DNA of 63,501 bases, counting the filler, from Reclinomonas americana ATCC 50394 (lineage: Eukaryota): NCBI GenBank assembly GCA_048213135.1. It is 24 parts of 24 records of this genome, joined end to end, with 100 filler letters (N's around TTAATTAATTAA, not from the genome) between each part and the next. Parts side by side here need not be neighbours in the genome. Positions count along the whole stretch, not along the records: positions 20,592 to 25,083 come from AFZH01024579.1; positions 25,184 to 27,314 come from AFZH01024580.1; positions 27,415 to 29,717 come from AFZH01024581.1; positions 29,818 to 31,349 come from AFZH01024582.1; positions 31,450 to 32,797 come from AFZH01024583.1; 19 more parts are not named here. One strand, 5' to 3'. Within the stretch, counting starts at the first letter, position 1, and every line of letters starts with the position of its first letter. This document shows positions 20,592-31,533 of the stretch, in pieces. The position numbers were made by a program, and so were the translations under genes. Under the pieces are notes generated by a model. That model did not search any database and had not been told where the DNA came from. It saw only the letters and a list, made by a program, of their open reading frames with translations.

Positions 20592-23500
20592 ATGCGCAAC
20601 TGGTGTAGCTTCTCGCCAACTGCCTCGGACACGTAGCAGCACATGCCAGCCTGCTCCTCCTGCTGGAGAGAGTGAGCCAGTGCGTGGGTCTTGTAGGATT
20701 CGACGGATACACCATCGCCACACGCTCTGCGCATACGTGTTTGCGCCGTGAGTGAGGAGTGTGATCACAATTGCGCGGCATTCGACGACTCAACTCACCC
20801 AATGACGGCTCGCAGATACCAAATGGTTCGCGCGTACGCTGCATCGTCACCGCTGTCCCGATGAGTGGCCATCGTGTGCGAATAGTAATCCGCCAGCGCC
20901 GGAAAGAGCAGCAAAGCTGGCTCATCCTCCATCAACGTGAACAGCTCGGCCTCCGAATACGACGGACAGTACTTGACGAGCACCGCTGCGTGAAGCGACC
21001 ATTCTCAGTGTGAGTGCTCACGCACAACTCCGAATGCATGCGTGTGTGTATGTGTGGCTTGCTGGCTGGAAACAGCCTCACCTCGAAGTGCAAACATGAT
21101 GACATGAGTTACGGCGATCCAGTCTCGTCCAAGGAAGGAACCACAGTTGTTGGCGAATGAGTAAATGACGCGAGCCAGTGTCGGATCGTCGCCAGACATG
21201 GCACTTATGAAATCGGCCAGGTCTGACATCATCTGGCCGACGATGCTCTTCTCGTCGACGAGACGCAGAAAGTAGGTCTCGAGTGCGGCGCGGAAACGGA
21301 CAGCAATGCCCTCAGCAACCATGTGAAGGTCGATGGGCAGCAAGATGTCTCGATGAACCTGCATGTGTCGGTTGTGAGTTTTTGAGGGCGAGGGAATATC
21401 TCAAACACATACACAGGCACGCACGTTAAAGTCCGGCAAGTCGGTGACGAGTGCCGATGCAGGGTTCCTGTCACCTGCCACACCCATTATAACCGACATC
21501 TTCCTCTTCGCAACCACTCACGTGTGTGGTCTAGATTGCGCCAAACCACCTTCGGTCGCACGCCGACAAGTTGGTCGCGGACAACGACAGGGTGCGGCAG
21601 TCTGCGGGCAGTGGATAACATTCGATCCAGTCCTGCAGCCAGCATGCACCATTGTGCAAGTGAGGATTACGCAGCACAATGGGAGTGCTCCAATACACAC
21701 ACTCACCATGGCACCACCAGCAGTGTAGCTGGCGAATAGCCGCAGCAGCCTCCTGCGCCTCAGGGTCGTCGGCTGAGTGAAACAGCAGGTCGGCGACCAC
21801 CCACAGCTTCTGGCCATTGATCTTCGCCACAAAGCCATTCCGAAGCCGGTTCATCGAAATGGTGAGCTGTTTGTATGCTGACATGTTGCTCGTCTCTGCG
21901 AGACCATTCTCGAGCGTAAGCACCTCGAGCGTAAATACGGCTCATCACTATCCGCGTATGCGCACCTGGTGGCGTGAGACCAACGCACGGGAAGTAGCGG
22001 GATTTTCCAGAGCGCAGCTCATCGGCCGGCCAATTGACAATCGCCAGGTGCATGCACCTGTTGGTCGCTGCGCGCGTGTGCTCAGTGACTCTGCATCAGC
22101 GTGACAACGAAAACAGTCAGTGCACGCATGCTGCTGGCAACAAACAAAGTCCACATCGCTCACCCGTGAAATCATCATAGTCTGTCTTCACAAACACAAC
22201 CACCACTTCGTCCGCGCCGGCCTCTGTTGCCCTGACCTCCATCGTGTTATCATACTGCAATCAAGACAGTCTCTCTCTTAGTCTAACAACTTGCGAAATA
22301 CGCAGCCGAGAACAACGACAGCCTACCGTCAGCGCGACACCACTGTCAGTGCCGCGAATCTGATCGTCGGTGCATTGCACAAAGGCCATCTTGCCGCTGG
22401 CAACAACATTTGTAGGCATGACGCACAGCAATGGGACGCTGCGTGGACGATCGGCGGAAAGCATGTCCACATCGTTCCATCGGAACACTGGACTGGAAAC
22501 TCGTCCGAGCACCGTCCCGGGATTGAGTGTGACTTCCACAACAGCCGTCGTTGACGGATGTCTCGGCCACACCAAGAGGCAAGCAAAGCGCTGAGCCACA
22601 TCTGCTGCTGGTTCACCCCAAACACGAACATTATTCTGCCGTGCAAAGCACTGTTTGTCAGCGCTACTGCAGGAGACAACAATCAAACATGAAATTGGCG
22701 CAACTGAGGGATACGGTTGGCTGTCAAACAACCACAATTGCACCACGGTTCTTTTGACTCCGTTGGGCCCCACCTGCCACATGCGCACGAGTACACGTTG
22801 GTAACATGAGGTGCATGCCAGCACAAACGACAGTGGATGATGATCAACAACTCAACGACATCCCACGAATTCAGCACCTTGGCAATCACGTCCGCGCCGT
22901 TAACAGCAGCGCACACAAAAGAGTTCTTCCAGAGAGCGACGCGCTTGCCGTTCCCGAGGGTCGCATACGTGACAAGAGCATGCAGCTCCTTCGTCTTCAC
23001 TCGCGCCCCTGTCATGGGCCCGCGACGAATAACGCTGCCGGGTGTCTGCGGAGGTGCCGTCACGGGGAGCGAGCGACACACACACTGGCGCGCGTTGAAA
23101 CACACAATACCTTGCCAGCAACATGCAAGTGACGAGGTGTGAGGCTATCCAGTGTACCAGGCAGTGCCAGCTGACGAGCATGCGCAATGGCCTTCTCCAG
23201 CCGCATGTAGTGGCCTGGTTGCTCGTTGAAATGCTTGACGCTCTCCACATACTCCGACGCCGCAAGCCCAAATGTGCTCAACTTGCACCGCCAGTCGGAT
23301 ATCTTCGGGGTGGTGTCCTTGTTGAAGTTGGCTCGGGGATACGTGAGAAGCGCATAAAGCAGCTCTTGTTGGCTGTGACTGAGTTTCACCAGCTCGATGA
23401 ATTGCATGAGAAGGGCGTGTTCGAGTGATTTGGCAGGCGCGAACGGGTTGTCGGGCGGAATGAGTCTCTGTGCGCACAGGCAAACTCAGGCAGACGCATC

Positions 23501-24146
23501 ACCAGCAGCAACAATAGCATGATGACGCTCACATGCGCACGTACCATCTGCTTGGCAGTGAATTCCTCAATCATGTTCACAACGCGCTGATGCTCCTCGT
23601 CGGTGAACGCCTCCAGCTCGGCAGCAGCCCGCTTGAGGTCGCGCTGAAGCTCTCGCTCACTCTCGTCAGCGGCGTACGCCTCATAATCAGTCCTCGTCCT
23701 CGTCCTCGTCCGAGCTCGGCTCAGCCTCTTCCTCGACGCACACATAGTCTGCATCACCCACAACGTGAGAATGAACCAACAGGGATGTCACGAAGCAGAA
23801 ACCGCAGCAACACACCGTCGCTTGCACAAACACTCTCCACATCCTCCTCCTCCTCATCATCATCGTCCAAGGGGGCTGCAGTGTCGCACTCACGGAGACT
23901 GCCGCCACCGTCGATCATCACCGGATCGTTCTTCGGCGCAACGCGCTCGAGGACGCCATCAACTGGCATCTCATCATCGTCGCTGATGTCTGCGGATGAG
24001 AAACGCAGCTCCATCGGGGAATCAGCAATCTCACGAGCCAGTGCGTCGTCGGCTTGTCGCTGCCGCAGACATCGAGCGGCCCATGTCTCGAGCTGAATGC
24101 GGTGGCTCTGTGTGCATGTGTGAGTGCATCAGCACCACGGAAGGGA

Positions 24147-24196
<50 letters not shown>

Positions 24197-24536
24197 CTGA
24201 GCACATCAGCGCAGAGCGACGTCGAGAAAAATGGTGAAGTCAATCGCGTTTGAGCTTTTGTCCGTCACGCACACACACACGCACACACACGAAGAGCGCG
24301 CCCACGCACACCTTGCTGTTGATGTGTCTGAGGAACTTACTTGAGCGCTGAGAGGCCTTTGGTTTGCGGCTGCAACACCAACAGCGCCACTTGTTGGAGG
24401 GCACCGCGTGTTTTCCTGTCGAGTAATGGACCCGCTTTGCCCTTGCCAACACGCCTGCAAGCGCATCGAGCAGGCCTGCACTGTGTAGACTCTGTGCAGT
24501 GACCTGGTTGATGGCACTGTCGGGCACCTTTGGCAT
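20592..24536 (-). mobile_element. Multi-exon Plavaka/CACTA(CMC)-like DDE transposase with N-terminal C2H2 zinc finger; several frameshifts; 3' truncated
   Basis: Spliced motifs in order: CWCC..KFLRHINSK|SH; an acidic tract; NPFAPAKSLEHALLMQF; VVFVKTDYDDFT; HLAIVNWP; FHSADDPEAQEA..HCWWCH; LLPIDLHMVAEGI; YKTHALAHSL..AGMCCYVSEAVGEKLH. Confidence 0.65.
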
Positions 24537-24718
24537 GGATGACGCAGTGCAGTGCGAGAAGTCACTGCGAGAACTCGAATGCGAGCATTTTGGCTCGCAT
24601 TTCACGGGCCCACGTTTGCCGGGGCCCACTGACTCGCATTGCCGGGCTCCTCGCATGCGAGCCAAGCACCGCATATTCAACACCTTTTTTGTTCGCCCGA
24701 GAGCACTAATTCATCATC

Positions 24719-25083
24719 ATGAGCTTGCGGTTTGATGATGAAAACAGCGACTCCATCGCCGAGTCCACGGCAGCGGCGCCATTCTCGCCGGCTGCTCTGC
24801 GCTCCAGCTCAGGCGGAAGCTCCTACAGCAGTTGCGTGCGTCGTTTTGCAGTTGGGTAACGTTGTCGTACGTTTCTAAAACTCTTGCTCGTCTTCATCAC
24901 AGGTGAGATGATGATGATGAGTCCCAGGAACGCCGTTGTGGGTGGCAGTGGTTTAGGTCCCAACATGCTTGTGTCTGCCCGCAAGCGAGGAGCCCATGGC
25001 TTCGAAGACGACGACGGCTCGCAGCCGCCCTTCAAGAGGCGGTCCATGTCACAGTACCTGTGCAATGCCGGCGTCCCTACGGA
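24719..25083 (+). CDS. 5' part of unidentified eukaryotic gene divergent from the transposase (intron 24831-24902)
   Basis: MSLRFDDENSDS...SSYS|SEMMMMSPRN...ARKRG...PPFKRRS (NLS-like). The GT..AG intron restores frame. Confidence 0.55.
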
Positions 25084-25183
25084 NNNNNNNNNNNNNNNNN
25101 NNNNNNNNNNNNNNNNNNNNNNNNNNNTTAATTAATTAANNNNNNNNNNNNNNNNNNNNNNNNNNNNNNNNNNNNNNNNNNNN

Positions 25184-25694
25184 ACAATCACGCCCCTCAA
25201 GCGCAAGCGCAGCTGGGCTGCCCCCCGCAATCCGGCAGCGCGGCTGTCCTCTGCCGCGACCGGCATCTTCGTCGCCGTCGGTCTCGTCGCACTCGGTCTC
25301 GGCCTCTGGCAGCGCGAGCGCGTCGTCCGGGTGGTGCCGCAATTTCGCCGGGCTCTATGCGACCATCGGCTTGCCGGTCAACGTGCGCGGCCTCGCCTTC
25401 AGCGCCGTCGAGAGCGAACTGGTCCAGGATCAGCAGGGACGCTTCCTCGTCGTCTCCGGCGACGTCACCAACATCGCCAAGGGCACGACCAAGGTGCCGC
25501 CGATCACGGTGATGGTGCAAAGCGAGGACGGCACGGTGCTCTACACCTGGACGACGGAACCGCCGCGCCCGTCGCTGGAGCCGGCGGAATTGATGCATTT
25601 CCGTGCCCGTCTCGCCTCGCCGCCCAATGACGGGCGCTCGGTCCAGCTGCGCTTCGGCAACGCCAGCCCGGACGGCATCGCCAGCCTCCATTGA
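25184..25694 (+). CDS. DUF3426 / MJ0042-type zinc-ribbon membrane protein, C-terminal part; +1 frameshift at ~25344
   Basis: WQRERVVRVVPQF/AGLYATIGLPVNVRGLAF...LVVSGDVTN...VPPI...LYTW...FRARLASPP. There is an extra T in AATTT. Confidence 0.75.
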
Positions 25695-25834
25695 TCCCTT
25701 GGCGGTTTCCACATCGCAGGGGTCCGGCCGCTTCAATTGTCCGCACATGGACGCTATGACTGGAGCCTGAAGAGTTTAGCCCGCGATCACGGGGCTGCGC
25801 GGGCACCGGCCCGCGCCGAAAGGAACGGTCGTCG

Positions 25835-26395
25835 ATGTCCCAGCCCAAGCGTATCCGCGTTCTCTACGACGAGGCGGCGATCGCCGCGCGCAATGCCGAA
25901 ATGGCCGCGGAGATTGCCGCCAGTTCCGGCGAGGACCTGCTCGTCGTCGCGGTGCTGAAGGGCAGCTTCATGTTCGTCGCCGACCTGATCCGCGCCATGC
26001 ATCGCGCCGGCATGAGCCCGCAGGTCGAGTTCGTCCATCTCTCCAGCTATCGCGCCGCCACCGTCTCCTCCGGCCAGGTCGAGATACTCAGGGACGTGCA
26101 GAGCGACGTCCGCGGCCGCCATGTCCTGCTCGTCGACGACATCCTTGAATCCGGCCGCACGCTCGCCTTCGCCAAGGACCTGCTCGCCGCGCGCGGCGCC
26201 GCGCGCGTATCGACCGCCGTGCTGCTGGAGAAGCCGGCCAAGCGCGCCGTCAACATCGAAGCGGACTATGTCGGCTTCGAATGTCCCGATTACTTCGTCG
26301 TCGGCTACGGCATGGACGTCGCCCATTCCTATCGCCAGTTGCCCTATGTTGGCGTGATCGAGACCGCCGACCAGGCCGGCCTGCCAGGGATCTGA
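25835..26395 (+). CDS. hpt: Hypoxanthine phosphoribosyltransferase
   Basis: VLKGSFMFVADLIR, LLVDDILESGRTL (PRPP-binding loop) and FVVGYGMD..YRQLPY. An AAAGGA RBS lies upstream. Confidence 0.96.
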   Translation: MSQPKRIRVLYDEAAIAARNAEMAAEIAASSGEDLLVVAVLKGSFMFVADLIRAMHRAGMSPQVEFVHLSSYRAATVSSGQVEILRDVQSDVRGRHVLLVDDILESGRTLAFAKDLLAARGAARVSTAVLLEKPAKRAVNIEADYVGFECPDYFVVGYGMDVAHSYRQLPYVGVIETADQAGLPGI

Positions 26396-26399
26396 AGCG

Positions 26400-26774
26400 A
26401 TGTCGCGCATTCTCGTGGTCGATGACGAGGAGAGCCTGCGCTCGCTGGTGGCGCGCGGCCTCGCCATGGACGGGCACGACTGCCTGACTGCCGGCGACGG
26501 TGCCGAGGCGCTCGACATCCTGATCGCCGAGCAGGGCCATTTCGATCTGCTGCTCACCGATATCCGCATGCCGCTGATGGACGGTATCGCGCTGGCACTC
26601 GCCGCCAAGCAGCACTTCCCGGACCTCACCATCATGCTGATGACCGGCTATGCCGAGCAGCGCGAGCGGGCCAAGAGCCTGGAGACCATCGTCTCGGAGG
26701 TGATGACCAAGCCCTTCACCATCGCCGAGCTGCGCGAGACGGTGCTGCGCGTGATCGAGCGCTCGATCGGGTGA
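26400..26774 (+). CDS. Single-domain response regulator (REC, CpdR-like)
   Basis: ILVVDDE...DLLLTDIRMPLMDG...MTGY...KPF, with no output domain. Confidence 0.92.
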   Translation: MSRILVVDDEESLRSLVARGLAMDGHDCLTAGDGAEALDILIAEQGHFDLLLTDIRMPLMDGIALALAAKQHFPDLTIMLMTGYAEQRERAKSLETIVSEVMTKPFTIAELRETVLRVIERSIG

Positions 26775-26786
26775 GCGACCGCGAGG

Positions 26787-27296
26787 CTAGCGGTTCAGCC
26801 ACCAGATCGAGGCGTTGAGCAGGCTCGCGAACGAGACCCAGGCGAGATAGGGCACGAAGAGCGCCACGGACAGCCTGTCGCCCAGCGCTGCGAAGCGCCG
26901 CATCGTCCAGATCATCGCCGCCAGCAGCAGCGCGATCACGACGAGCCCGGTCGCCGGACTGTTGAGGCCGAAGAAGGCGCAGGACCAGAGCACGTTGAGC
27001 CCGAGCTGGGCATGATAGGCGACCAACGTCTGCGCCCTGCCCGGCATATCGGCCGGCCGGCGCAGGACGCGGAACGCGGCCAGAGCCATCAGCGCGAACA
27101 GCGTCGTCCAGACCGGGGCGAACAGCCAGTTGGGCGGATTGAAGGGCGGCTTGATGAGGCCCGCATACCAGCCCGGAATCTGCGGCACCGTCACGGCGCT
27201 GCCGATCAGCGACGCCGCGACGACGGGCAGGATGGCGAGGAGTGCGGCAAGCCACACATTCGGCTGACGATCGGCTCTGCCTGGCGATATGCTCAT
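26787..27296 (-). CDS. tspO: Tryptophan-rich sensory protein TspO/MBR
   Basis: WYAGLIKPPFNPPNWLFAPVWT...QLGLNVLWS..FFG...PYLAWVSFASLLN. Confidence 0.95.
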   Translation of the reverse strand: MSISPGRADRQPNVWLAALLAILPVVAASLIGSAVTVPQIPGWYAGLIKPPFNPPNWLFAPVWTTLFALMALAAFRVLRRPADMPGRAQTLVAYHAQLGLNVLWSCAFFGLNSPATGLVVIALLLAAMIWTMRRFAALGDRLSVALFVPYLAWVSFASLLNASIWWLNR

Positions 27297-27416
27297 GCGG
27301 CGAGAATGGGGTGTNNNNNNNNNNNNNNNNNNNNNNNNNNNNNNNNNNNNNNNNNNNNTTAATTAATTAANNNNNNNNNNNNNNNNNNNNNNNNNNNNNN
27401 NNNNNNNNNNNNNNGA

Positions 27417-28457
27417 GATGAGGACAACGCCTATTCCTCGGGCTTCGTCTATGGCCGCCCGGACAATGAGACGGTGCATGAGGCACAGGCCGTGCTCGCC
27501 ATGCTGGAGGAGGCCAAGGCCGGCGCCCTGCTGTTCGGCTCCGGCATGGCCGCCGCAACCGCCGTGTTCCAGGCGCTCTCGCCCGGCGACCATGTCGTCG
27601 CCTCCAAGGTGATGTACTGGGCGCTGCGCGCCTGGCTGCTGACCGAAGCGACCCGCTGGGGCCTCAAGATCGACTTCGTCGAGACCGATGACCTCGCCAA
27701 GCTCAAGGAGGCGGTGAAGCCGGGCGTCACCAAGCTGATCTGGGCCGAGACGCCGTCCAACCCGCTCTGGACCATCACCGACATCGCCGCGGTGGCTGAG
27801 ATCGCCCATGCCGCCGGAGCCAGGCTCGCGGTCGATTCGACCTGCGCCTCGCCGGTGCACACCCGGCCGCTGACGCTCGGCGCCGACATCGTCATGCATG
27901 CCGCGACCAAGGTGCTGAACGGCCATTCCGACGTCGTCGCCGGCGCGCTCTGCGCCAATACCGATGACGAGTTCTGGGCCCGGATCAAGACCATCCGCAA
28001 GGGCCAGGGCGGCATCCTCGGCCCGTTCGAGGCCTATCTGCTGATGCGCGGCATGCGCACGCTCCATGTCCGGCAGGAGCGCCAGTCGGCCTCGGCCATG
28101 GCGCTGGCACAGAAGCTCTCGGCTCATCCCCTGGTCTCGCGCGTGCTCTATCCCGGCCTGCCGCAGCATCCCGGCCACGACATCGCCGCCCGCCAGATGG
28201 AAGGCGGCTTCGGCTTCATGCTCTCGGTCCAGGTCAGCGGCGGCGAGACGGCGGCGGTCAGGTCGGCTGCCCATGTCGAGCTCTATAAGCGCGCCACCTC
28301 GCTCGGCGGCGTCGAGAGCCTGATCGAGCACCGGGCCTCGATCGAGGGCGCCGGCTCGCCCTGCCCGCCCGATCTGCTGCGCCTCTCAACCGGCATCGAG
28401 GATGTCGAGGACCTCTACGCCGATCTCGACCAGGCGCTGAAGGCCGGGCACGCTTGA
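27417..28457 (+). CDS. PLP-dependent trans-sulfuration enzyme (cystathionine gamma-synthase/lyase family), 5' truncated
   Basis: YGRPDN, FGSGMAA, ETPSNP, VDST, HAATKVLNGHSD (PLP lysine), SLGGVESL and LRLSTGIED. Confidence 0.93.
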   Translation, partial: DEDNAYSSGFVYGRPDNETVHEAQAVLAMLEEAKAGALLFGSGMAAATAVFQALSPGDHVVASKVMYWALRAWLLTEATRWGLKIDFVETDDLAKLKEAVKPGVTKLIWAETPSNPLWTITDIAAVAEIAHAAGARLAVDSTCASPVHTRPLTLGADIVMHAATKVLNGHSDVVAGALCANTDDEFWARIKTIRKGQGGILGPFEAYLLMRGMRTLHVRQERQSASAMALAQKLSAHPLVSRVLYPGLPQHPGHDIAARQMEGGFGFMLSVQVSGGETAAVRSAAHVELYKRATSLGGVESLIEHRASIEGAGSPCPPDLLRLSTGIEDVEDLYADLDQALKAGHA

Positions 28458-28482
28458 GCGGCTCGGCTCTCGGGCCAATGCT

Positions 28483-29717
28483 CTAACCAGCCTTGAGTCG
28501 GACGAGGTCGGCTGCATCGCGCCGCCCATCCTGCGACGGCCAGCTATGGGCCAGAAATTCCGTGTCGTCCGCGCTGACCGCGACCTGGTCGCGGCCGGCG
28601 CGCTTGGCTGCATACAGCGCTTTGTCGGCGTCGCGCAGGAGCGCGTCGAAATCGATGACGACGTCTGCGGAATAGGCGACGCCGGCGCTGGTCGTGCTGG
28701 TGAATGCGCCGCCATCCCCGCTGAAATGGCGCTTGGCCAAGCGCTTGCGCACGCCATCGGCGAGTTTCGCAGCCGTGACGAGCGAGGCTCCCGGCAACAG
28801 CAATGCAAACTCCTCGCCGCCAAGCCGCGCGGCGAGACCCTGCGATCGGCAAGACAGCGCCAGAATCTTGCCGAAGCTTCGCAGCACGTCGTCGCCTGCC
28901 GGATGACCATGGACATCGTTGGTCGTCTTGAAGTGGTCCATGTCGAAAACGACGAGGGCGGCGGGCCCCTTGATGTCGGCCGCGATACGACTGAGCAGCG
29001 CCCGCCGGTTGAGCAGCCCGGTCAGCGGATCGGTCTCGGCATCGCGCTTGTGGCTGCGTGCCAGCCGCGCCTGGTTGAGCGCCAGGGAAAGAGCGCCGAT
29101 ACCCGACAGGGTGATGAGGCAGACCACGATATTGAGGTCTTCGGCCCAATTCGACGGAGCCTGCGACAGGCGCCATTCACCGTCCTGCAGCAGCAGGATG
29201 GCGCAGGGGACGAAGGACAGGCCCGTCAGGACATAGAGGGCCGTCAGCAGCGGGATGGCCAACCGGGCCTCGGCCCGCCCGAGCCAGTAGTCCCAGGCTG
29301 TGATGAGAAGGATGATCGTCGCTGCCGCATTGAGCATGACGATGGCGGCGCCATTGTAGCCGGCCAGCATCGGCACGGCCATGACGAGCGACGATGCGGT
29401 CGCCATGATGGCCATGCTGCGCCAGGGCAGAATACCGGTGCGGAACTCCCGGCCGGCGCCGAACACGAAGGCGAGGCCGGCCAGCAGGATCGTGTATCCG
29501 GCGGCGCCGACGGCCGGCGACATGGTCCGGGCGTACCAGCTGTAGACAAGCACGCCGAGCGCCATGAACGCCACGCCGAAAGTCCAGGCGATCAGGAAAC
29601 GTTCCGTCCTGGAGGCAAGCCAGCTGACGGAAAAGGTGATCGCCAATCCGCAGCCGGAAAGAGCAAAGGCCGTCAACAGCGAATGGAGTCCAGCAGCAAG
29701 GCATACTCTGCGGCAGG
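28483..29717 (-). CDS. Membrane-anchored diguanylate cyclase (GGDEF), 5' end near contig edge
   Basis: A multi-TM N-terminus, then TDPLTGLLNRR, DMDHFK..ND.HGH.AGD, RLGGEEF and ADKALYAAK.AGRD. Confidence 0.93.
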
Positions 29718-29915
29718 NNNNNNNNNNNNNNNNNNNNNNNNNNNNNNNNNNNNNNNNNNNNTTAATTAATTAANNNNNNNNNNNNNNNNNNNNNNNNNNN
29801 NNNNNNNNNNNNNNNNNGGGCGCTCGAGAAGCGGCGCCCACGCTCCGAATGAGCACGGGCGGGTCTTCTCCGCCCGCCGCGCCGCCGCCTTCCGCAAGAG
29901 CGGACGGGGAATCGT

Positions 29916-29989
29916 TACGTATACGTATTCAGTGGGAATACATTCCCAAAAAAATAGGCTTCCCTAAGTTGACTGCATACGTATACCAT
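29916..29989 (+). promoter_or_regulatory. Promoter of the sugar ABC operon with palindromic operators
   Basis: TACGTATACGTA (29916-29927), TGGGAAT-AC-ATTCCCA (29933-29948) and a second ATACGTATAC overlapping the TANNNT -10 (TACCAT 29984-29989), 7 nt before an ATG with no RBS. Confidence 0.65.
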
Positions 29990-29996
29990 CACCCAT

Positions 29997-31304
29997 ATGG
30001 GACTCAACAAGCATCGGGCATTGCCGGTTCTCGCACTCGCAGCCGTGGGCATCGTCGCCCTCACCAGCTGCGGCGCGGGCTCCCGCACCGACAACGAAAA
30101 CTCGACGACAGTGTCATGTGACTACAAGGCACCCGAAGGCAAGACGACGGTCAACGTCCTCGCCTACAACTCCTCGGCGATCGACCCCTTCACCGACACG
30201 ATGGTGTCGAGCTGCACGACCAAGGACGTCACGCTCAAGCACGACCCGATCGACTTCGGCGGACAGGTCACCAAGACCACGGCCACCCTCGCGGGCGACA
30301 CCGGCACTTACGACATCATCGAGACGTATGGGTTCGTCATCCCGGGCTTCGGCGAGGAGGAGAAGCTCGTTCCGCTGAACGACCTCTGGGACAAGTACGC
30401 CGGCGACTACGGTCTCGACGAGATCAGCAAGTCGATGGTCGAGGGCATGTCGTACGACGGCGAGATCTATGCGATCCCGATGCAGGCCCAGATGTTCGTG
30501 ATGGCGTATCGCACCGACGTCTTCGAGGACCTCGGCCTCGAGGTCCCCACCACGTTCGACGAGATGATCGACGCCGCCGAGGCCATCAAGGGCGCCGGGC
30601 TCATGGACTACCCGATCGCGCTGCCCTGGCTCGCGACCGCCGACGTCACCACCGGCTTCGAGGGCGCGATGAACTCCCTCGGCGCCGACTTCGTCAGCAA
30701 GGACGGCGAGGTCACGCTCGACACTCCCGAGGCCAAGCAGGCTGTCGAGGCGATGCTCTCGCTGAAGCCCTACATGGACCCGCAGGTGACGACCTTCGAC
30801 CAGCCCAAGGTGCAGCAGCAGATGTTCAACGGGACGGCGGCCATGTCGATCATGTTCTCCGGCCGCATGTTCGACCTGACGCTTCCGGCCAACTCCAGGC
30901 TGTCCGACTCGTTCGGCTTCGCGGGTGCGCCGAAGGTCACCGACGACGCGCAGTACTCGTACAACCGCCTCTCGATCGACGGCTGGTCCATCCCGTTCAA
31001 CACGAAGCTCGACCATGACATGCTGTTCAACATGATGGCGTCCGCGGTGAGCGAAGACGCCTCCAAGGCATCCGTCCCCGCGGCCTACCCGGCCCGCGAG
31101 GGAATGGTGACGGAGAAGAACTCTCCTTACGGCGCTGCGGCCAACGACTCGATCGCGAGTGCGATGCCGCCCATCGTGTCGCCGGTCATCGCCGACATCA
31201 CGAACGAGATCCGTCCGATCCTGGTCTCGATCCTCAACGGCCAGGTGTCCGTCGACGACGGACTCGCCCAGATGCAGGCCGCCGGCGAGAAGGTCGCCGG
31301 CTGA
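29997..31304 (+). CDS. Carbohydrate ABC transporter substrate-binding lipoprotein
   Basis: Lipobox LTSC, then YDGEIYAIP...YRTDVFEDLGLEVPTTFDEM. Codon usage is actinobacterial. Confidence 0.92.
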   Translation: MGLNKHRALPVLALAAVGIVALTSCGAGSRTDNENSTTVSCDYKAPEGKTTVNVLAYNSSAIDPFTDTMVSSCTTKDVTLKHDPIDFGGQVTKTTATLAGDTGTYDIIETYGFVIPGFGEEEKLVPLNDLWDKYAGDYGLDEISKSMVEGMSYDGEIYAIPMQAQMFVMAYRTDVFEDLGLEVPTTFDEMIDAAEAIKGAGLMDYPIALPWLATADVTTGFEGAMNSLGADFVSKDGEVTLDTPEAKQAVEAMLSLKPYMDPQVTTFDQPKVQQQMFNGTAAMSIMFSGRMFDLTLPANSRLSDSFGFAGAPKVTDDAQYSYNRLSIDGWSIPFNTKLDHDMLFNMMASAVSEDASKASVPAAYPAREGMVTEKNSPYGAAANDSIASAMPPIVSPVIADITNEIRPILVSILNGQVSVDDGLAQMQAAGEKVAG

Positions 31305-31533
31305 CCACGGACCGACGTCCATGACTGTGGCCTGAGCGCGAGTTCACGGNNNNNNNNNNNNNNNNNNNNNNNNNNNNNNNNNNNNNNNNNNNNTTAATTA
31401 ATTAANNNNNNNNNNNNNNNNNNNNNNNNNNNNNNNNNNNNNNNNNNNNTCGCCGGATGACCACGGACCGACGTCCATGACTGTGGCCTGAGCGCGAGTT
31501 CACGGCCAACAGTCCGTCCAAGGGAGGACGCAC

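Noticed and set aside
31295..31505. Direct repeat after the sugar-binding protein gene
   Set aside because: It is an unmerged overlap of two adjacent contigs across the linker.
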